The position numbers and the translations under genes were made by a program. The notes under the pieces were generated by a model that saw only the letters and a list, made by a program, of their open reading frames with translations, had not been told where the DNA came from and ran no database searches. 16,560 nt of DNA from Candidatus Moanibacter sp. (lineage in GTDB: Bacteria > Verrucomicrobiota > Verrucomicrobiia > Opitutales > UBA2987), in contig CBDCEW010000026.1 of NCBI GenBank assembly GCA_965215885.1, positions 1 to 16,560 on the forward strand, read 5' to 3'. Each line of letters opens with the position of its first letter. Position 1 is the first letter of the stretch. This document shows positions 7,609-15,510 of this stretch, piece after piece.

Positions 7609-10546
7609 CCACCTGCCTCCACAATCCGAATCGCGAAGCGATCCCGCTACATGCCGATGCGATAATCGAATTGGAGTCCTTTGGGCAATTCTCCTGGGTA
7701 TTCTCCTTTCCTCAATCCCTCGAATCGCGCTCGGGCAGATACAGACCCATACGCTAAGTTCGCTGGTCGAGGAGGGCTTTAAGGCATTTGAAAGCGCTGA
7801 CTACGCTGGGGCGGCGAGGATCTTTGATTCGATTGAGGAACATTTTGGAGAGGAACCGGAGTTCCAAGAGCGGAAGTTTCAGCGAATCCTGCTGCCGACG
7901 CGCGCTTTCGCACAACTGAGCACAGGCCAAGCCGAGAGCGCGGCCGGGAATTTCAGTCGCTTTCTAGAGGATTTTCCAGATGACCTAAAGAGGCGTGCCT
8001 TTATACTCTACAGCCTTGCCCGTGCTTATTACGGGAGCGGAAAGAGCCAGGAAGCTATACGCGCCTTTGAAGCACTCGAGACGCAGTTTTCAGGGAGCCC
8101 GGAAGGCGCTCTGGCAACTTTGAGGCGCGCCGAGCTTCTATTTGAAGCCGGCCGGTCCGAAGAAGGATTCACCATTCTAGACGCATTTTACTCTTCCGAC
8201 GCGGCATTCACCCTCCGTATGCAGGCGCGTTTACGCTCGCTTCAACACGCATTAGAGCGGCACGACACGATATTTGCGAAAGATATCCTCTTGAGCACTC
8301 CGTGGAAGATTTCGACGATGCCCGAGCTCGCCTTACTGGCATTTTCTGCCCTCGAAGTGGGAGATCGGTTGCTGGAGTCCGAGCAGCCGGCAGATGCCGT
8401 CAGGTGCTACCGTTTCATTCCCCCTAAGGCTACTCTCGTAATACTACAGGAGCTACGCCTTAACGAACTTCAAACCCGCTTCAAGGAGAGATCCGGGGCC
8501 GTGAGCGTGACCGGTGGTTCAGTCTGGACTCAGTTCTATCGCCAGCTCATCGATCGGATAGAGAAACAGCTGAATGAGTTACGGGCAGCTGATGACTACA
8601 CGCCCGGATACCTCTTGCGTCACGGCCAGGCTATGCTCCTGGACAAACGGATCGAGGAGTCTTCGATTGTATTCCAGGAACTCGCCAACGACGGTTCAAT
8701 ACCCGAGGATATACGATCGAACGCGCATTACCGCTGGGTTCTAGCCGCTCAAGAGCTCACTGACTGGGATCGCTCAATTGAGATCGCGCGTTCTTTCATC
8801 GACTCTTATCCCGATTCCCCTCTCGGCCCCCAGACACTCTCTCTCATCGCTCAGGCCTTACAGGAACGGCAGAGATTCGACGAAGCGGTCGGTGTCCTAA
8901 ATGACCTTCTGCGTGAGTTTCCTCATCACGACCTCGCGCACCGCTGGGTTTTCAATCGGGGCTTTTGCTTTCTGCTCGCTGAAGCGTTTAGTCCGGCGCG
9001 AGACGACTTTCAGCTTTATCTCGCCAACTGGCCGGAAGGATCGCTCACGCTCAACGCGGAACTCTGGCACGCCTTATCCTGGCTCTTCGAGAAACAATAT
9101 CACCCTGCCCTCGACGAACTGACGACCCTCGCAGGCAATTCTCGTGGGCACCGTCTGAGACCCGAGATTCTCTTTCGCCGGGCGGGGACCCTCTACGCCA
9201 TGCGGGAATATGGTGCCGCTCTCGCCGACATCGACCTCCTTCTCAAAGAGTATCCCCTCCATTCGCGCATAGGGGAAGCGCAAGTCCTGCGGGGCGACAT
9301 ACATATGGGAAAAGGTGAACTGTTGGGTGCGGTTGTCGCTTTCTCAACAATAACTCCCGAAATGCCAAACCTCTACCCTTACGCGGTCTTTCAGATCGGA
9401 AAGATTCTCCGGGCCCTGGAAGAGTATGACCGCATGATCAGACACTTTGAGGAGTATCTCGAAAAAGAAGAACCAGAACTTAAGGTTAGGGTCAGCGAAG
9501 CCCTCTACTGGATCGGTTGGGCACATAGCCAGCTCGGGCGTTTGGTTGATGCATTTCCAGTCTACTATGACACATTGAAAACCTACGGAAATGATCCTGA
9601 ATCCTCAGAGATAAATTTGATCCTGAAAGCGCTACAGACTCAATATGCCCGTCTGCGAAACGATGTACCCACCAGTGAGTTGGCTCAAAATCCCATCCTG
9701 AGGGCACGCGATTTTGAATCCTGGCTGAATTCGGAAAGAGAGTCGGCACTGGAACACGGATACCTCACTTACTACGCGCGAATAAATACTTTTCTTGCCC
9801 AAACTCACTACAAGCGGAAGAGGGATCATGAAGGTGACAATCTGATGCTCCAAACAGTAGAAAAGGTGCCTATCGAATACCTTGACGCCGAAGTTCTAGG
9901 AAGATCCGGCCTTCTCCTGGAACGACTCGAATTCCCATCTTCGGCCGATTACCACAATGCACTTCTTCGCCGCTACCCCCGATCCTCCCATCGCGCCATG
10001 GCCTACTATGGACTGGCTTCAAACCGTTACAAAAAGAAGGCTTACCTGGAGTCGCGTCCATTTCTCAAGAAATTCGCAAATGAATTTCCCATTCATCCCC
10101 TGAGCCCCAAAGCTACCCTGTTGGACGGCAAGGTCTCGCTCGCCCTGAACCGGCCCCGGGAAGCGATCCAACTCTACGAGGAGCTTCTACGTCTCAAGAA
10201 CGCCCGGGGAAGACCACACGCCGAAGCGATCGATGGATTGGCCAAGGTCTACAGTCATCTGGGCGAAAGGGAAAAGGCTATTGCTTACTATCAGCGCATT
10301 TACACTCTCTACAAGGCTTATGGCGATCTCGTCGCAAACGCATATCTCCAAAGCGCACTCCTCTTCGAGGAACTGGGTGATCTGCAGGCCGCTGAGAACT
10401 CGTTGGATGAACTTCTCAGCGCTACAGACCTGAGCATCTTTGAAGCCCACGCCAAGGCTCGCAAAGAAAAGAGACGCATTGAAGATCTGCTCTCGCATGA
10501 CAATGAGACTTCAAATTCTGAACCTTCTAAGAGGAACAGGCTTTAA
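7598..10546 (+). CDS. Large exported tetratricopeptide-repeat protein (BamD/YbgF-like repeats)
   Basis: About 980 aa with an N-terminal hydrophobic segment and many TPR-like units (FLEDFPDD, FIDSYPDSP, LLREFPHH, LLKEYPLHSR, KAIAYYQRIYTLY). ATG 7598 is preferred over TTG 7580. Confidence 0.85.
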   Translation: MKANHLPPQSESRSDPATCRCDNRIGVLWAILLGILLSSIPRIALGQIQTHTLSSLVEEGFKAFESADYAGAARIFDSIEEHFGEEPEFQERKFQRILLPTRAFAQLSTGQAESAAGNFSRFLEDFPDDLKRRAFILYSLARAYYGSGKSQEAIRAFEALETQFSGSPEGALATLRRAELLFEAGRSEEGFTILDAFYSSDAAFTLRMQARLRSLQHALERHDTIFAKDILLSTPWKISTMPELALLAFSALEVGDRLLESEQPADAVRCYRFIPPKATLVILQELRLNELQTRFKERSGAVSVTGGSVWTQFYRQLIDRIEKQLNELRAADDYTPGYLLRHGQAMLLDKRIEESSIVFQELANDGSIPEDIRSNAHYRWVLAAQELTDWDRSIEIARSFIDSYPDSPLGPQTLSLIAQALQERQRFDEAVGVLNDLLREFPHHDLAHRWVFNRGFCFLLAEAFSPARDDFQLYLANWPEGSLTLNAELWHALSWLFEKQYHPALDELTTLAGNSRGHRLRPEILFRRAGTLYAMREYGAALADIDLLLKEYPLHSRIGEAQVLRGDIHMGKGELLGAVVAFSTITPEMPNLYPYAVFQIGKILRALEEYDRMIRHFEEYLEKEEPELKVRVSEALYWIGWAHSQLGRLVDAFPVYYDTLKTYGNDPESSEINLILKALQTQYARLRNDVPTSELAQNPILRARDFESWLNSERESALEHGYLTYYARINTFLAQTHYKRKRDHEGDNLMLQTVEKVPIEYLDAEVLGRSGLLLERLEFPSSADYHNALLRRYPRSSHRAMAYYGLASNRYKKKAYLESRPFLKKFANEFPIHPLSPKATLLDGKVSLALNRPREAIQLYEELLRLKNARGRPHAEAIDGLAKVYSHLGEREKAIAYYQRIYTLYKAYGDLVANAYLQSALLFEELGDLQAAENSLDELLSATDLSIFEAHAKARKEKRRIEDLLSHDNETSNSEPSKRNRL

Positions 10547-10616
10547 TCTCGATTGCCTGAAGTGCCCTTTCCTGGCGGTTTTGCACAGGCCCGCTCTTCC
10601 TCGCTGGGGAAGCGTG

Positions 10617-11738
10617 ATGGACTTCTGGCAGTCGCGATGGAGCCGACACGTTCCAAAGGAATTCGGTAAGAAAAGCGAGCTAGCCCGAATATTTCACAAA
10701 TCTCCTGCTGCGATCGCGGATATCACTGCATCTCAAACCCTTCCCTTGCCCGGCGACCGCAGAGGGTCTCAACACGCTGTTCCCGGCTTGCCGGGACTGC
10801 GGAAAGGCTCTGATATGCAGCAATCTACGCGGTCTCGTTACGAAGTGTGTGAAATGTTCGGGCTAGCTGCATATACCACCCTAATCGGGCTTCTTGCCTT
10901 GAGCGCAGTCAGCACAACCCGGGCGCAAGTTGGGGGTGAAATTCAATCGTTGCTCTCCCAGCCAGTTACATTGATAAATCGTGCGGGCCGAAGTTTTCAA
11001 GGTCACATTGAAAGAGTCGCACCCACACAGGTCGCAATCACTGCGCAAATCGGCGATGGCGAAGTGATCTACAGATTCGGCCAGGCTGAGATTTCGAGAA
11101 TATCGTTTCCTGGCGAAGCACTCAAGCTCCTGGCCGATGAATTGATCGAAGAGGGAAATCAAGAGGAGGCGCTGCCACTCTTAGAAGCTCTCTTTGAACA
11201 GAGATCGCCTTTTTTCAGGTTCATTCCACCGGGCGATATCGCGTTCTTTCTTCGACTGGCGGACGCCTATCAATTTTCCGGTCATCCCGTAAAGTCGATA
11301 GCAATTGGTAACCTTCTCTCCCAGTTTCTCACCAGCGAAAAGGCGAAGCTCAAGATCGATGACACACTGCTTCTCGCCAATTTCAGTTTGAGGTTAATCA
11401 CAGTGACGCGGCGCCTCGCAATTGAATGGACCGGGAAATACCCCAGGTATCATGATTCGGCTCTCGGTTGGTGGATACTATCCCAAATCGCATTTGAGGA
11501 AGAGGATTATGGTGCCGCCATGTGGAGCAGCTTGCATCCTGTCGTCTTTTCAAGTCACCTCCCAATGGATTATCTAGAAAACTGCTACGCCTACGCGATC
11601 GCCTCCGCCAACGAGCTCAACAAAGAAAAGAAAGCGCTCAAACTCTACCTGGAGATGAAGGAACGCAACCTCGATTGGCCGGATATCCCGGAACTCTCAA
11701 TTTATAGAGAACGTCTCGCCAAAATCGCAGGTGAATGA
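10617..11738 (+). CDS. Exported hypothetical protein with TPR-like C-terminus; N-terminus interrupted in-frame by a MITE
   Basis: ATG 10617 follows GGGGAAG. Signal h-region LIGLLALSAVSTTRA|Q. The ORF stays open through the 183-bp insertion. The start is uncertain, with alternative ATGs inside the element. Confidence 0.7.
   Translation: MDFWQSRWSRHVPKEFGKKSELARIFHKSPAAIADITASQTLPLPGDRRGSQHAVPGLPGLRKGSDMQQSTRSRYEVCEMFGLAAYTTLIGLLALSAVSTTRAQVGGEIQSLLSQPVTLINRAGRSFQGHIERVAPTQVAITAQIGDGEVIYRFGQAEISRISFPGEALKLLADELIEEGNQEEALPLLEALFEQRSPFFRFIPPGDIAFFLRLADAYQFSGHPVKSIAIGNLLSQFLTSEKAKLKIDDTLLLANFSLRLITVTRRLAIEWTGKYPRYHDSALGWWILSQIAFEEEDYGAAMWSSLHPVVFSSHLPMDYLENCYAYAIASANELNKEKKALKLYLEMKERNLDWPDIPELSIYRERLAKIAGE
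10684..10862. mobile_element. MITE family A, copy 1 (179 bp, CTAG target duplication)
   Basis: TIR CCCGAATATTTCACA / TGTGAAATGTTCGGG (14/15). CTAG at 10680-10683 and 10863-10866. Homologous to 12858-13012, with a 35-bp identical core at 10772-10806. Confidence 0.9.
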
Positions 11739-11741
11739 TAG

Positions 11742-11829
11742 CCCCCTTTTCCTGGCGGGTATGTAACTGCCTGTCAAAAGTGATCTTTCTGTCGTGATAG
11801 CGTTCTCGGAATTATGTGCGAATAGCGGG
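11742..11829. mobile_element. MITE-like family B, copy 1 (88 bp)
   Basis: Begins CCCCCTTTT and ends GCGAATAGCGGG. The 3' ~37 bp align with 13067-13103. Flanks are ATAG and CTAA, directly after the stop codon. Confidence 0.6.
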
Positions 11830-11840
11830 CTAAGGCTTGA

Positions 11841-11988
11841 CCCGAATGGCACTAACTTAAGGCAAGAATCGCTCGCAAGCGAGCTTCCTACGACGAACGT
11901 AAGTCTTTGTAGGAAGGCCGCTTGCGGCCGAATCGGGAACATCGGTGATGCAGCACCGTAGTGATCCCTTAGGTTAGTGGCGTTCAGG
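11841..11988. mobile_element. MITE-like element C (148 bp, 22-bp TIR, 5-bp CTTGA duplication) carrying a REP doublet
   Basis: CCCGAATGGCACTAACTTAAGG (11841-11862) / CCTTAGGTTAGTGGCGTTCAGG (11967-11988), 18/22 match. CTTGA at 11836-11840 and 11989-11993. Confidence 0.7.
11869..11931. repeat. Inverted pair of GTAG-type REP sequences
   Basis: GTAGGAAGCTCGCTTGCGAGCGA on - (11869-11891) and GTAGGAAGGCCGCTTGCGGCCGA on + (11909-11931). Each has a GTAG foot and a 6-bp hairpin. Confidence 0.75.
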
Positions 11989-12015
11989 CTTGACCCCTTC
12001 CTTTGAACCAATTTC

Positions 12016-12857
12016 ATGTTCCGGCATTCTCTCGCCATGTTCACCGGTAAGCTAACGTCCCATCTGAAATTCGCTCTCCTCACTCTATTCTCGCATGTTC
12101 TCGCTCTCCTCTACTCTCATGGCAGAGGAGGCGGGAACGCTGCCTCAGAGCAAGAGCCTATGGTCGCTCATTCAGCAAGGAGGATGGGCGATGTATCCCC
12201 TCAGTCTCTGTTCGCTCGCGGTGATATTTCTTTTCATCCACAGTTGGAGAGCAAGACCGGAAGGAGGAGATTTATCCCGGACCATGTCCTGGATGAATTG
12301 GCTTCTCGATTCCAGAAACGCGATATCGGTGAAGCTCTCTTTACTTTGGAGGAGCACTCATGCGTTCTTTCAAGGGCAATGGTGACAAGCCTTCCACCCC
12401 GGGCCAAGGCCCGTCCCGAGGCACCCGATGCCAACAAGGAAAAGATCGAGTCGGCTTTTCTCGATGCTCTAGACGGTGAAGAGAATTGGCTTCCATTCCA
12501 GAAACGCGACAGTGGATAAACTACCTAAATGTCGTGGCCGCCGTAGACGGTGAAGAGAATTCCTCTCCCATGATTGGATTGCTCGGTACCGTCAGTGGGA
12601 TGATCGGCGCTTTCGCCACCATCGCCAGCGGCGGAATGGGGCGGCCCGAGCTGCTCGCCGGCGATATCGGTGAAGCGCTTATTACCACTGCCACCGGTCT
12701 CGTAATCGGGATTCCCGCAATGATCTTTTACTTCGTGCTGCGCAACCGCCTCAACAATATCATCCTCGCTACGACGCAGACAGCCACCCTACTGATCGAT
12801 TATTTGGCAGGCGAATTGCAGGTAGATTCCGAGGATGAGACAGAGAACGAATCCTAG
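12016..12857 (+). pseudogene. MotA/TolQ/ExbB proton-channel family gene with multiple frameshifts and insertions (pseudogene or artifact)
   Basis: Segments in alternating frames: signal-like N-terminus, SLWSLIQQGGWAMYPLSLCS, RFIPD...KIESAFLDALDGEEN, then QWINYLNVVAAV...PMIGLLGTVSGMIGAF...LAGDIGEALITTATGLVIGIPA. Confidence 0.85.
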
Positions 12858-13012
12858 CCCGAACATTTCACAAATCTTCTGCTACGATTCCGGCGTGCCG
12901 GGACGACCTCAGAGGGTTCCGACACGCTGTTCCCGGCTTGCCGGGACTGCGGAAAGTCACTGATACGCAGCAACCTACACAGTCTCGCTACGAAGTGTCT
13001 GAAATGTCCGGG
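12858..13012. mobile_element. MITE family A, copy 2 (155 bp, CTAG target duplication)
   Basis: TIR CCCGAACATTTCACA / TCTGAAATGTCCGGG (13/15). CTAG at 12854-12857 (includes the exbB stop) and 13013-13016. Confidence 0.9.
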
Positions 13013-13016
13013 CTAG

Positions 13017-13103
13017 CCCGCTTTTGGTGGTCGGCAAGCAGCAACGCGCTGGGAAGAGCGCCTTACCGCGATACGGTTCTCGGGAATTTATGCGAAAAGC
13101 GGG
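13017..13103. mobile_element. MITE-like family B, copy 2 (87 bp)
   Basis: TIR CCCGCTTTT / AAAAGCGGG. Flanks are CTAG (shared with element A2) and CTA (stop codon of the convergent gene). Confidence 0.65.
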
Positions 13104-13808
13104 CTACTCGGTTTGTGCTGCCCCATTCTCCGTCAGCCGCAACTCGGGAATCGTACTCCGGAGGCGGTTGGCTTTAGTCGACCAGTAACCGGGCTTTTCC
13201 AGTTCCTCAATGAGATCGAGCTGGCTCTTAACTTCGGCGAAGTTTCCTCTCTCCCAATATAAGACAGCAAGATCGTAGGCAGCCTCAGCCCGCATCCCAT
13301 CGAGCCTGGAATCTTCGTTGCTCAGTTTTCGCAATGCCTGCTCTGCCGTTTCGACCTCTCCATTGCGGTAAGCTGCCACGGCATACCCGAGTTCGGCCCG
13401 GCCGGCCAAAGGAGATTGCCCCAGAGGCCCGATCGCCTCCTTGTAATGATTCGCCGCCTCACCATATTCCTTACTGGAAAACTCCTCATTAGCCACCTCG
13501 AGATAGGCGAATCCGGCCAAGGGATGTCCGGCATGCTCCCTCGCGAAGGCGAGACGTTCCTCACGGTCTTCCGCCAACTGATAGGCGGCACGCAAGGCTG
13601 ATTCTCTTCGCTCAGCCAGGTAACCCGTTAATTGGTACACCAACACAACCGAGAACACCACCGCGACCGTGCCGATAATGGTCCTACGATAATTCTCCCA
13701 GAACAGGAGAATCCTCTCCTCGAAGTCCGCCCCTTCGTAGCCACCCTCAACACCGACGAGATTTCTATCGTCTGAGGGCTTCTCTCGCCTTCTGTGTGCT
13801 GATTTCAA
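13104..13808 (-). CDS. Single-pass membrane TPR protein, YfgM / ancillary SecYEG subunit-like
   Basis: FEERILLFWENYRRTIIG precedes one TM helix, followed by TPR-like helices (HPLAGFAYLEVA, RAEAAYDLAVLYW). The start is uncertain; TTG 13808 was chosen. Confidence 0.7.
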   Translation of the reverse strand: MKSAHRRREKPSDDRNLVGVEGGYEGADFEERILLFWENYRRTIIGTVAVVFSVVLVYQLTGYLAERRESALRAAYQLAEDREERLAFAREHAGHPLAGFAYLEVANEEFSSKEYGEAANHYKEAIGPLGQSPLAGRAELGYAVAAYRNGEVETAEQALRKLSNEDSRLDGMRAEAAYDLAVLYWERGNFAEVKSQLDLIEELEKPGYWSTKANRLRSTIPELRLTENGAAQTE

Positions 13809-13854
13809 AGAAATAGAGGAGAAACTCGATCTCAGGGGTTGGCGGAATATGTCT

Positions 13855-15426
13855 TCACCCGTTCGCCGCAACAGCCTTCTCGCGCACTTCCAGCTCTCGC
13901 TCTCTCTTATCCAGATCAGAACTTATCTGCTCCAACACGGTCTCTCTCTCCTGTTGCGCCATGACTTTATCAAATAGAGTATTCTCACTCATCTCGAGAA
14001 ACTCCTCACGCTCCTTAATCATCGCCTTTGATTCATTTACGGCATTCTCCTGGACTTCCAATTCTTCCTTTAGCTTCTCCACCGCCTCCATGGCTTCAGG
14101 CGACATCTCGTCGTCTCCTTCACCCTCGGCCTCGCTGAGCTGTTCCTTGGCTTCCGCTACGGCTTCCGATTCAAAGATGTTTTTTACTCCCGCAATCTCG
14201 GAGGCGCGCTCTTTGTCGTCATCGCAAAAACGCAGGACTTCCTCCAGGTAAGCTTCTTCTCTAGCGTGCAGAAACTCCTTCAGGTTGGGCCACCTGTGGG
14301 CTGATTTTATTCGATGGGGAATCTGCTGAGGCCCGATCAGTCTCACTTTTGCCGCCACCACAATGCCACTCAGGACATTGGCTAATTCGATAAGATTACC
14401 CGGCCACGGATAGGCGTAGAGAATGTCCTCGGCTTCTCGCGAAAATTCAATCTGAGTAGTGTCGAAATAGGGGTTTGGCGAACGCTTCAGGAAATCCTTA
14501 ATCAATAATCCAAGATCCTCCTTACGCTCCCGCAGTGGCGGTAAAGTAATCGGTAATGTCGCCACCCGATAATAAAAATCGTTGGAAACTTTCCCCTTTT
14601 CCAGGCGGCTTTCAAGATCGCAATCCGTCGCACAGATGAGCCGAAACTGGCTTCCCGTCACCTGAAGAGCCTTGGCCAATGTTCCCTGCAATTCCACGGG
14701 CATTCTATCTACGCCGTTCAAGAAGAGAGTTCCTCCCTCCGCTTCCAGGAAAAGAGAACCGGGGATGCCGTTCCCCCCAACGATTGCCCTCTTCAATTCC
14801 TCCGGGTTCGCCAGAGAGCAATCCACCCCCTTGAAAGGCGCATTTCTGCCCGACGCTTTTTCATGAACCAGTTCAGCCAAAGATCGCTTGCCGGTACCGA
14901 TCTCGCCCTGTATGAGCATCGGCGTCTTCGCGCGGAGGAGTTTCTGCACCTGTCTGTCAACCGCCTTGATCGCCTCGCTCTTACCCAAGAGCGCGCCCAC
15001 GACAGTACCTTCCGCACGCAGGGGTTCATCCGAAGCAACCACTCGCCTGGGACCTCCCTCCGACTTCCGGGCATCCATCCCGCGGTGCAAAGTCTTGACT
15101 AACTCTTCAAGCCGAAACGGCTTCTGTACGTAATCGAAAGCACCGTATTTAATGGCCTGCGTAGCTGTCTCCGTGGAAGAGTAGCCCGTCATCATAATAA
15201 CAATGGCGTTTGGATCGATCTCCTTGAGCTCTTTGAGAACCGTGATTCCATCCATCGGCTCCATCTCAATGTCGACGAGGACAACGTCGATATTGCCCTC
15301 ACGGTAGCGTTTTAAAGCCTCTTCGCCGCTCAGAGCAAAGGCGGCCAGAAAGCCACACGGATTGATTACCGCCTCCAGCATTTCGTGGACGGCGGGCAAA
15401 TCATCAACTACCAAAACCGAAGCCAT
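13855..15426 (-). CDS. NtrC-like response regulator (REC + degenerate AAA+ + Fis-like HTH + acidic coiled-coil tail)
   Basis: Intact receiver (VVDD, VDIEMEPMDG, MMTG, KPF), Walker A GEIGTGK, RLICAT, LPPLRERKED, WPGNLIEL. GAFTGA is absent and Walker B reads FLNG. Confidence 0.85.
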   Translation of the reverse strand: MASVLVVDDLPAVHEMLEAVINPCGFLAAFALSGEEALKRYREGNIDVVLVDIEMEPMDGITVLKELKEIDPNAIVIMMTGYSSTETATQAIKYGAFDYVQKPFRLEELVKTLHRGMDARKSEGGPRRVVASDEPLRAEGTVVGALLGKSEAIKAVDRQVQKLLRAKTPMLIQGEIGTGKRSLAELVHEKASGRNAPFKGVDCSLANPEELKRAIVGGNGIPGSLFLEAEGGTLFLNGVDRMPVELQGTLAKALQVTGSQFRLICATDCDLESRLEKGKVSNDFYYRVATLPITLPPLRERKEDLGLLIKDFLKRSPNPYFDTTQIEFSREAEDILYAYPWPGNLIELANVLSGIVVAAKVRLIGPQQIPHRIKSAHRWPNLKEFLHAREEAYLEEVLRFCDDDKERASEIAGVKNIFESEAVAEAKEQLSEAEGEGDDEMSPEAMEAVEKLKEELEVQENAVNESKAMIKEREEFLEMSENTLFDKVMAQQERETVLEQISSDLDKRERELEVREKAVAANG

Positions 15427-15510
15427 TTTATATTCTAAATCAAGAGATAGTGGGACAGAAGGTAGATTACTCTACATTCAGAGAATTTCCCCGCCTACCT
15501 ATCCGGAAAC

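Noticed and set aside
10440..10616. N-terminal extension of the 432-aa ORF
   Set aside because: Overlaps the TPR gene by 107 nt and looks non-coding. ATG 10617 has an SD-like sequence and gives a plausible signal peptide.
11846..11862. Sigma-54 promoter (TGGCAC)
   Set aside because: No GC at the -12 position, and the motif is part of a TIR.
12016..12680. Diversity-generating retroelement TR/VR pairs
   Set aside because: Repeats are only 9-18 bp and essentially exact, without adenine-specific mismatches, and there is no reverse transcriptase in the window.
10680..13106. CRISPR array
   Set aside because: Repeats are dispersed TIR elements, not regularly spaced repeat-spacer units, and there are no cas genes.
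12938..13177. 79-aa ORF, and likewise 11697-12083, 2357-2569 and 3823-4104
   Set aside because: These run through MITE/repeat DNA and overlap real genes, with no protein-family features.
13809..13871. 5' extension of the YfgM-like ORF
   Set aside because: Overlaps the upstream gene end and is low-complexity. A later start is more plausible, though not proven.
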